From a virus, in IMG/VR virus record IMGVR_UViG_3300046714_000065, positions 2,436 to 66,435 of that record: a stretch of DNA of 64,000 bases; one strand, 5' to 3'. Both the position numbers and the translations under genes were made by a program. The notes under the pieces were generated by a model. It was not told the origin of the DNA, did not search any database, and saw only the letters and a list, made by a program, of their open reading frames with translations. Below are positions 36,801 through 45,800 of this stretch, piece by piece (position 1 is the stretch's first letter; each line of letters begins with the position of its first letter).

Positions 36801-38652
36801 CATTCCAAGTATAGCTGACTTCAGTATCTAAAATGATATCATCATCGGTAACAATCTCTTGCACTAAACCATAGCCAGTATAGTTATTAGCTGATGGCTC
36901 AGCACCATCTACAAGACTATAAGGAGAAGTAACTACCCAGCTAAGACCATGTGTAGTAGGATCTCTAGGATCAGACAAGTTACCATCAACTGTACTTCTA
37001 GCCAGATAAGTTACAGGGTAACCAAACTCTACATCTGATTCATAATAAACAGTGTCATCCTTATCATAAAATGAGGGTTGGCCTACCACTACTGGAGTAC
37101 CTGTTAAAGAGCCAAGACTTGTATAAGTAAATACTGGTTCATAAGGTACATGATAAGTAAATATTAAGTAGTATTTACCCTCTGCCCAAGAGAGGTATGC
37201 ATCGCCTAATGCAGATAGTATAGTCTCTACATTGGATCTGATATCATTGCTCGTTTCAAGTACACCATTGAATTCAAACAGGTGTAAATTATATTTCTCA
37301 TTGATAACCTGTTTGCTAAGCCAGAATGGACCTCTTGGTTGTAAGTCAAACTGACCATTAACAGGAACTAATCGGTTGGCTATCTTCGCAGCTAAATAAA
37401 AGCTCTCTAAGTCTAGTTCGCTTATAGATAAACCTTTACCGTAGTTTTTATTAGTTAAATAGTCTATTAAAACTCTTACTGGGTTATTAGAATAGATTGG
37501 CGCACCTAAACCATATAGCGGAGGGTAGTTTGATGATTGTAGCAACTCAGCTACTTTCATACCCTCTAGCTGTGTTGTAATACTGGGTACACCTGAATAT
37601 TGCGGTTCATCTCGATTTAATACTGCAACCACAGCTATAGTAGCAGCTTCCCAATAGTGTGTAGACCTTTGAGACTCAAAGTTATTCCACATCATAGGAT
37701 CTTCTGTACCACCCATTGGGTAGAAGAAAGCCCTTATTTTAAACTTATCAGTATGGATAGATTGCTCATCTGCTTCAGCATATAAAAAGTTATGTATACC
37801 TTCATAGCATAGAACCTGCCTAAAGTACATATGATCATTCTTTTTACCTTCTTCATAGCCTACATCATTATCTTCAGATGGCTCACCTAGCATGCCACTA
37901 GAGCTAGGATCTAAACCTTCTAGCTCCATGTAACCTTGTCCAGCATCATAATACTTAATTAGATAAGGTAACTCCATTGGGCCTACAGGCGGTACAACAC
38001 CTACCTTAGCATCCGTATCTAAGAAGCTATCGTGATAAATTAGCACTTTTAAACCTGCAAATAACCAGGCTTGGCCTGCTAAGCTAGCAGCCTTTACGTT
38101 ATACAGATTAGTACCATCACCACTTCTAAATAGCCTAGCACCACCTAAAGAGGGTTCATGCCTTTCACGTAATTCTAGCTGATTAGCCGGTGTTATATCT
38201 GTCCAAGGTATACCCTCAGTGTTTGTGGGATTAGTATAAGCACCTCCAACAACAGCTACAGTAGCCTTCAAATAATGCGATGCAACATCAGTACGCCATT
38301 TAGTCCAATCTTCTGAGCTATATGAGTTAAAGTAAACTGATGATCTGTCTATCTGGAATCCTAACATGTCACTTCTAACATTATGATAGGTTCTAGCACC
38401 ACCAATTTTAACACGACCATAAGCTATAGGTATTACGTATACGCTACTCTCAATAGTTAGCTGTGTACCTTTAGATGCTTCTTCAGCTTCTTTTCTTTTC
38501 TTTTTATTCTGATAGTTAGCATACTGTGATAATGCAGAAGATGCTAGTATAAGGCCTAACTGAAAACCTGAAATAAGGACAGCCCCACCTACAAGGGCAG
38601 TACCACCTACAGCCCACGCTACAGTGGCAATAGCAGAGACAAAGAATGTCAT
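33889..38652 (-). CDS. central tail fibre / tip attachment protein J-like
   Basis: IPIAYGR, YSNNP...L.DYL.N..YGKG and FnIII-like regions, a coiled coil, then I.DAQITNAKI repeats. Confidence 0.88.
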   Translation of the reverse strand: MTFFVSAIATVAWAVGGTALVGGAVLISGFQLGLILASSALSQYANYQNKKKRKEAEEASKGTQLTIESSVYVIPIAYGRVKIGGARTYHNVRSDMLGFQIDRSSVYFNSYSSEDWTKWRTDVASHYLKATVAVVGGAYTNPTNTEGIPWTDITPANQLELRERHEPSLGGARLFRSGDGTNLYNVKAASLAGQAWLFAGLKVLIYHDSFLDTDAKVGVVPPVGPMELPYLIKYYDAGQGYMELEGLDPSSSGMLGEPSEDNDVGYEEGKKNDHMYFRQVLCYEGIHNFLYAEADEQSIHTDKFKIRAFFYPMGGTEDPMMWNNFESQRSTHYWEAATIAVVAVLNRDEPQYSGVPSITTQLEGMKVAELLQSSNYPPLYGLGAPIYSNNPVRVLIDYLTNKNYGKGLSISELDLESFYLAAKIANRLVPVNGQFDLQPRGPFWLSKQVINEKYNLHLFEFNGVLETSNDIRSNVETILSALGDAYLSWAEGKYYLIFTYHVPYEPVFTYTSLGSLTGTPVVVGQPSFYDKDDTVYYESDVEFGYPVTYLARSTVDGNLSDPRDPTTHGLSWVVTSPYSLVDGAEPSANNYTGYGLVQEIVTDDDIILDTEVSYTWNDSAARYNFCTVQFNSDEKSFREDSASWPPKYSATNPIYETYLAEDNGYFLENEVTLSYCSNYYHALAYAEYIVRMSRSKTVIKMGVNRRLIAIIPGDIIRVDSEYLNIPNQLIRVTETKPTTFKDAGILEITGYIYDPRQLAWNAKDDEIIEDAKFYSDQVRQATNLTFTPEITYNASSMGELNWDAAEDATVEKYAILITNVPPESVTSETAWNELTIVPGTKAILPLMNYNYYTVAVVSISSGGKRAPQMDISSGSHWPLLAIIATNSTLSFTVDATPPSILVQDDANGNINYGPAASQLKVSKGNVDLTASSTYAISQTFYCTAVVSPTGLVQITSMVSSTAACDVDITVDGKVYNKRIYAYYGGGQSVGGAVGITPKPEGVQISAGFTFYYVECEPISFAINHGYRSTRVYAALKISAAAPTVDQAKIAIDAFGFGHFIDAHPGDIWYVWVAFVANNLTESIKVGPFIAQTGLNTTAIFDKMQNEIGNTVLQKDIALDITELEADIVRLENTDLGLSGNIISIQEDITSLEAGQASANVRITAVETENGSQASSITTLNAGLANAEVRITATETVNGTQASSITNLDAGLANANVRITATETVNGTQATSITDLNAGLANANVRITATETVNGTQSESITTLNAGLTSAVNRISATETVNGQQATAITDLIAKDTQITQSMSALQTSDGSQNTNWSIKSQIAAGAGGVPYITGVGLFSSNGAAGPTSSFNVMVDSFVIGAPNFGAVPFEVHTGPFTVDGYNYPAGVYALNLIVKDAQITNAKIATAAVDTAKIRDLAVSTAKIDNLAVDTGKIRDLAVQTLKVAGKAVTVGMFINISDITPLNAIYVTNAYPLNLPVAPSGVSFIVEFHWTPVAGEFEPGDMTINLYRDSVTSGNLVKSKFVDVIYKVGTTSIVVSDIDYATMDIIPSGYNSSPNYIFTISTYNAAGGNAYRANFQLKVSILANMR
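34790..35190 (-). repeat. 84-bp (28-aa) tandem repeats within the tip protein
   Basis: AACTGTTTCAGTTGCAGTGATTCTAAC recurs at 84-bp spacing (about 34897, 34981, 35065), with flanking diverged copies. Confidence 0.8.
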
Positions 38653-39242
38653 GCTTTACCCCATAAAAGTGTTATTTGTCTGGAGCCATCAGAGATATTA
38701 TCATAAGAATTATCTTCTGGATACTTCTGCCTCATCCAGTTTTGAGAAGTAACAATGGATCTTACCAGAGATAGGGCACCCATAGGTGATGCTAATTCAA
38801 TACTTACAATAGGTGGCGATTCTTTAGATATAGTATAGCTATAGTTATTTATAGTACCTTTGTAAATAATCATAGTATTCTCAGGCTCTAGCAATGGCTG
38901 ATCTTCATCAAACTCACCATCAACATCTATAAAGATGGTTCTAACTTCTGCTTTAGTGCCCGTAACTCCATGTACAAATTTATTACGAAACCAGTAATCT
39001 TTATCTATAAAGCTAAGATTATAAGCACCTTTATCAACACCACTAGTGATAGTAGGCGTATCTAGGGATATAATCGTAGCTGCGCAGGTATAGTTCTCAC
39101 CATCAAATAAGGTATCAGTGGTATCTGTACTCTCTCTAAGGTAAGTATCATCGTAGAATGGACCTAGCTTAACTAGTAGAAAGGCTCTAGTTAATGGTTT
39201 TAAAATAACTCTCTTTAGCTTTGGTCCTATTCGTCTGCTCAT
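38649..39242 (-). CDS. minor tail / baseplate hub protein
   Basis: Position after the distal tail gene; YPED.SYD......I.L.WG ending typical of this class. Confidence 0.65.
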   Translation of the reverse strand: MSRRIGPKLKRVILKPLTRAFLLVKLGPFYDDTYLRESTDTTDTLFDGENYTCAATIISLDTPTITSGVDKGAYNLSFIDKDYWFRNKFVHGVTGTKAEVRTIFIDVDGEFDEDQPLLEPENTMIIYKGTINNYSYTISKESPPIVSIELASPMGALSLVRSIVTSQNWMRQKYPEDNSYDNISDGSRQITLLWGKA

Positions 39243-39850
39243 ACTACCTCCACTAGCTTAACTGAACCTGGGTTAGCTAGTATACCACCCTCATACTTGA
39301 TACCTCTAACAACATCGCCACCGTAGTTAGCTCGCATAATAACATTTTCACTATGATATATAACGGAATCAATTGGCATATCTTTAACTAGACCTGGAAA
39401 GATATCAATCTCTTGGGTAGCTGAATCAACTCTAGTAATCAGATAAACTTTAGATGGGAAGCTACCAATACTAATAAACAGGTTAGGTATTAGTGTACCT
39501 GATACCTTAATTGTCTTAGTTCTTTTTTGATGCGCTTGTAAAGTCCTTGGTGTACCATTAATCTTTTTATTACTTGCAGAGTAGGGTTGTGGGAACTGCA
39601 CATAAACAATACCACTATCACCCTTGGTTAAACGATCAGAAAGAAAGTCTGGTAGCTCGTTACCTGGATTCACATCAGACTCAATAACCCATCGCTGGGC
39701 AGTCTGTTCCATTGTATAACGTTTAAAGTTAATAGATTCTGCAGTAACGCCCAATGGCTCACTTAGTATGGCTAAAGGAGTGGCAAATATTGCCGTCAAT
39801 TCTCGATTATTAGCTATACTCGGATCTTCTTTCAGTATGCCGTATAGCAT
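39239..39850 (-). CDS. distal tail protein (putative)
   Basis: Directly follows the tape measure gene. Confidence 0.55.
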   Translation of the reverse strand: MLYGILKEDPSIANNRELTAIFATPLAILSEPLGVTAESINFKRYTMEQTAQRWVIESDVNPGNELPDFLSDRLTKGDSGIVYVQFPQPYSASNKKINGTPRTLQAHQKRTKTIKVSGTLIPNLFISIGSFPSKVYLITRVDSATQEIDIFPGLVKDMPIDSVIYHSENVIMRANYGGDVVRGIKYEGGILANPGSVKLVEVV

Positions 39851-39892
39851 GTAGAACTCCTTAAGAAGGGGCCTAAGCCCCTCCTATTTAGG

Positions 39893-42800
39893 TTATTGTC
39901 GTTTATTCCAATCAACATTTTGTTTATTCACCATCGATGCAATCTCTCTAGGCATCCTGGATATTTCATTTCTAGTCTGTCTACTAATATCCCCAGTAAC
40001 TGCGATATTAAAAGTCTGAGTTAGACTCTTTTCTGAATTCATTAAAGCCATTTCCTTATCTCTATTAGCTACTGCAGAGTTCATTGCAGAAGTACCATAA
40101 CCAGTACTTACAGAGCCACCTGCTGCAAACTTAGGTGTATTCTTACCGAAGTTAATAGCATCAAGGACTGGTCTGAACATCTTAGCTCTAGAGGCTCTTA
40201 CCACGTATTCATTATTGGATAAGAATGCAGGAATACTATCAGAGGTCTCTGTACCTTGACCAAATATTGGGCCACCTTCAGCTAGCTTAAACTTGATACC
40301 TGGCCCTACAGTACCTGAGCCTGCAGCAGGGGCCGAAGCACCACTAAACATACCAATTCCTTGGAGGATCATAGAACCCCATTGGAAGAACTTGCTACCT
40401 AAATCCTTAAACATACTCTTAGTTGCTTGTGTCTCAAACATAGCTTCAGTCATACCCTCAACAAAAGATTTAACTAAGCCTTGTGTAAAGTCTTGTGCAA
40501 CATTCTTAAGAGTAGTCATACCTGATTGCTTAAGCATTAGGAATTCAGTGACTTGAGATTCTATACCAGACTTAACAGTGGAATAGAAAGAGTCACCTGC
40601 AGCCCTTACCATTTCTGCATAGTCATACTTTAAGTCTTGGAGATCTCTTTCACTCTGCTCTAGACCTGCTCGCATTGCAGCTATTTGTTCAGGAGTTAAT
40701 CCAGTAGGCTTAGCCAATGTATTTCTAATTTTACGAATAGCCTCAGCGAGATCTGTAACATTCTTAAGAGTCTCAGTATCTAACTTATAAATTACTCCAC
40801 CAAAGTCTTCACCAATTAGATCTAGTTTATGCTTAGCTAATGCTAGCGGGTTACCGGCTAAAGCATCTGTTATTATAGCTTCCATACGCTCTTTGGTATC
40901 TTTCAACCCTTGAGCGAAGTCTATAGCTGCCTTTACACTAGCTTCAGAATCCCAATCAACAGGACCTTGCGCTATAAGACTAGCAGCTACTTCATCTTGA
41001 ATATTCTTAAGTTGCTTTTGGGCACTAGCAGATAGATTCTGAGCTAAGTCTTCGTTCATACCTTCAGATGATATAAAATTAGCATATGTAATATTCTTTT
41101 TCTCAATTATAGCTCTAGCTTTTGCTAACTCTTTGTCTGATTCAATTTGTAATGTCTGTATAGCATCACTATAGTCAACCTTTGCAGAGTCACCTGGTTT
41201 CAGCTTATCTCGTAGTTCAGTATACTCTTTAATGTACTTAGCTATATCTTCCACACGCTTAACAGCATCTTGAGACATAACGCTATCTAAACCACCACCT
41301 AACCCAAGCCTTTCAAGCTTCTTACTATACTTCTCATTATCTATGGTTACCTTTTCTTTACCCTTGGCTAATGCATCTTCTGCTTCTCTAGCAGCAGCAA
41401 TATTACCCTTAGTAGGTGCCTTCTTACGTAAAACTTCTAGTTTGTTTAATTGTGCTTCTAAGTCTTTTAGTACCTTCATATTATCTAATACAGTATCAGC
41501 TAAATCTGGGCCAAGACCAAGCTTATCCATGAAATCACCAACATTTACTGGATCCTTAGGCTTATACTCAAAAGCCTTATTCATCTTTTCTTGGATATTA
41601 GCTAGCTCTAATTGAGCCATTGGATCACCAAGATTATCCTTATACTTCTCCATTACTCTTGCAGCACCATCTAGGAAAGCTTGAGCTCTAGCAGCACCAC
41701 CCTTGCCTGCCCTAGCTATATCTGCTTGCGAAGGTGCTGATAAACCAACTTTAGCATAATCATCAGAATGCCATTGGTTAATATTCTTAAAAGGTTCTGT
41801 AGCTAATTTCTCAATTTCAGCGACTAATACCTTTCTAGTATTAAGATCTATAGCTAGTTGACCACCTGCTCTCTCTATGCTATCTGTCATTTCTTTAGAT
41901 ATTTCCTCAAGTGGGTTCATACCTAGATTTATTTTTCCTAGTGTAACCCTATCATCTACCTCTTTAAGCTTCCTCGCTAGCAACGGCTTTAATGCTAAGT
42001 TTTCAACGTTAGTACCAGTAGCCGCAGCTAGGGCACCATAAGTACCTGTCAGAGCTTGCAGCTGACCAGCCACAGCAGCCATCTCACCTTTCCATCTACC
42101 CCAAAGCTTAACCATCTCTTCTGTACTACCCTTAAACTTCAGCAGTGTTCCATAATTATACGATACGGATCTAAGTTGATCTGCAAAAGTTTTAGACTTA
42201 TCACCTAGCATATTAAACTGATCTACAGTTAACTCAGGTAATTTTAGCTTAGTTAACTCCTTATTGATATCCTCAATCTTATCTTTAGGTAATGCATCTT
42301 GAGCTTTCTGATTTAGACGTTTCAGCTCATCTCTAGCTTGCTTAGCTGCAGCGTGATACTTATCACGTAAGCCATATTCTTCAGAGTAAGTATCTGCAGC
42401 CACAGCCCTATATAAGCTAGCTTCTGCCTTTTTGTATGCTGCACCTGCATCTATAAGTTCTCTAGCTGTCTGAGGCGCAAGAGCTATAAGATCCAACTTA
42501 TCAGTACCTTCTAGCTCTGTAAATCCAGTGCTAAGCGCTTGTTCTAAACCAGCACCAAATTCTTTAGTCTCGCGGAATATTTTATCTACATCATTCCGCA
42601 GGGATATCATCGCATTAGCACGTTGTCTTTCAATTAAACCAAGTCCTTTAGTTTGACCAGTTTTTATAGCGGTAACAACTTTATCTATTGAATCGTTATA
42701 AAGCTTCAGAGTATCAAGCTCACCTGCTGTTAACACATAGTCTAAATTAGCACCATAAGCCTTCATTGCATCTGCTTTTTCACGTAATGATTTATCTGAC

Positions 42801-45800
42801 ATGAACTTAAATGCAGCGTTACCCTCACCTTTAGAACGATCTTTTAATTGTTCATCAATCATCTTACTGAAACTAAGTGCAGTAGTTCTATAGATATCTA
42901 TTTCATATTCTGCGGCAGCTGCAGTCTCCATCCGCTCTTTAGCTAGCGTTCTAGTTTTACCTATTAAATCGTCTGTTAGATCACCTTGCGCTATCAGAGC
43001 TTCTCTTGAGCCTTCTACACCTTTTGATACATCAGTTCTAATTTTAGCTAATTTTTGATATGACTCAGCTAGGCGCTTACTTTCATCTGGTGCTATATAT
43101 TCCTTATACTTACCCATATCTACTGACGCAAGACTAATCTTATCCTGTACCTTCTTACTAAAGTCTGCGAGAGCCTTATCTCCTTGTATATCAAACTCTG
43201 GTACTAATAGTATATGGAAATCACCTTTTAAAGCTTCTTCAAAAGTTTGTTTAGCAAGATTTGCAGCATTACCTACACGCTCCTTCTGAATTAGAGGTTG
43301 CTTAAAGGCTTCCTGTAATTTGGCATACTCAACGTCTACACCAGCAGTATCAGTAAGCTTAGGTAATTTTGATACTGTTTGTATAAGCTTATCGGCAGCA
43401 TCATTAGATCTTTGGAAACCTTTCTCGTAATCGCGGCCACCACCTTGAGCTAAATCCTTACCAAACATTCTTTGAGCTTTGTCTAATGCTTTAAGCTGAG
43501 TCTCTAGCTCTTTAAGCTGATCCTGAGTCATTGCTAAGTAGGCCACATTTTGTAGTAAAGTCTGAGCATCAAACAGCTTTAATGACTTCTCACGCGGTAT
43601 AGCCTTGGCTATATCCTCGAATTTATCTTTTAGGTATTCTTCTTTATCTTTTGTAATAAAGCCAAAGAATTGACCTACAGCTTTACCCATATTATAAAGC
43701 ATATCTGTAAACGCTTTACCCCAACCTAGTACACCAATAAGCAGACCTGTCAGTACAGTAACAGCTGTTATCATAGCACCTACTGGTGTTATCATAAATC
43801 TAAAAGCTGAAGCAAGACCGCTAGCACCTGCCCCTATTGCACCAGCTAACCTTGAACCTAGCTTAAACCCACCTTCACCTAATTTAACAGCAAAATCAGT
43901 AAAACCAGACATCAAAGATGCCCACTTAATCTTTGGTGGCTTAAACTTACGAATAGAACTACCTATATCACCTAACGCTAAGCCTATACCTCTACCAAAG
44001 TCACCTGCCTTAGCAAATAAACCGCCAGTAAACCATTTCTTAAGGTCAATAGATTTAAATAATAAATCACCAATACCTTTAAATAGCTTACCTAATCCAG
44101 TCCTAAATACTCTAAACATCTCCATCATAGTTGCTAAAGATTCTTTAGTTGAATCGTGAAGGGCCTTACCAAAGGTAAAACCCTCATCAGTCATCTTCTT
44201 ACGAGTCTTTAACAGTATCTGTATTAGCTTAATACTAGCGTACATACCTAGTATTGCTAAGGTTAAGCTTATTATGGATGAGGTAGCTGACATTGCTGCA
44301 GTACCAATACCTGCTATACCTACAGCAAATGCACCAGAAGAGCCAAGTAAGCCTATTGCTGCAACTAAACCTATAATAACACGACTAGAAATATTAATTT
44401 TACTCATTGCCGTACTTATACCATTACCAAGTCTACCCGTAAGCTCTGCTAATTTAACCCAGCTCCTACTTACAAAACCTACAAAGGCACCAGTAGCCTT
44501 ACTCATAGCATCTAAAGAAGCTACCCAGGCTAGTTGCGCAGTTTGACCAAAACTACTGCCACCTATACGGTTACGCATGCTACCAGGCCCAGCACCCATA
44601 CTCTTACGAATACTGGCCCAACGACTGCTAATACTCTTACCCATCTCTGAGAAGAATGTACTAAAATTAGCCTTAAATTCAGCCATTTCCTTTCTAGTAC
44701 CTTGCTTACCAAACAGTAAATGCCAAATACTTATTTTGTTACCCTTATAGTCAGCCCAACCTGCTCTGATATTGGTAAACATCTTTCTAAAGCTAGCATT
44801 AAGGTTATCCGCAGCAGCATTCAGAGCTGTGGGAGGACCTTGGAATAGAGTCTCAGGCCTAAACATGCCTTTCATAGTACCCATAAAGATAGTGCCAGGC
44901 ATCTTGATAGCAGCCCAAGCAACTTCCCAATAAGCTTTTAGTGCAGTAGTAAATGGTGAAAAGATTGCAGGTAACACCTTACCAATAATATCTTTAGTTA
45001 ATTTTGCTGTTACTTTAGCAGTACTCTTATCACCCATAAACATCAGGTAGATTAGAGGTATACCGATAGTACCTAGTGTGGCAGCAGATACAGCTGTAAA
45101 CACCATTTTAGTAGCTACTAATGCTGCAGCTACTAGAAGAGCAGGGTGACGACCTACAATTAGTGTCTGTAGTATGCTATTACCAGGTATAAGTTTAGAC
45201 ACATTTGCAAGGCCTGCTTGCAATGGCTTAATTAAGGCTGGAGCTATAGTTTTACTAAATGCACCTTTTACAACTTTGGGTAAGAAGTAAGCTAGCATAA
45301 GCAAGGCAGCTAGCACAGCGTTAGGTATTACACTAACAATACCTTGCAGCAGTGTACCAAGTACACCATCTAGTTGACTAACTATTCCTTTCAGAATAGC
45401 AGGTAGCATCTTTATTACAGCATTAATCGCATTGGTAGCTACTTGAGCAGCGTGTTCAAAGTATACACCTGCCATCTCACCAATATCTTCAAGTATTGAT
45501 TCAAATAACTTAGTATCAGACTTAACTAAGTGCCACAGCTCAGAGAGCATGTGCTCAACTATGAAGAACAACCTAGCCTTACCGTCTAGGAAGCCAAAGA
45601 TAATTGCATTGATTATCACTAAGCCAAAGCTTTGAGCAAAGGCACCAGCAGTGTTAATCAGCTCTTTAAATAACTGCTTAAACCTCTCAATTATAACTTC
45701 CATTGGGTTTTGGCTACCCATAATAGCTGTATGTAGACCTTTAAAAGCTGTAGAAACAGATGATGTAAAGGCTTGAATAGGTGCATATGCTTTGTTAATA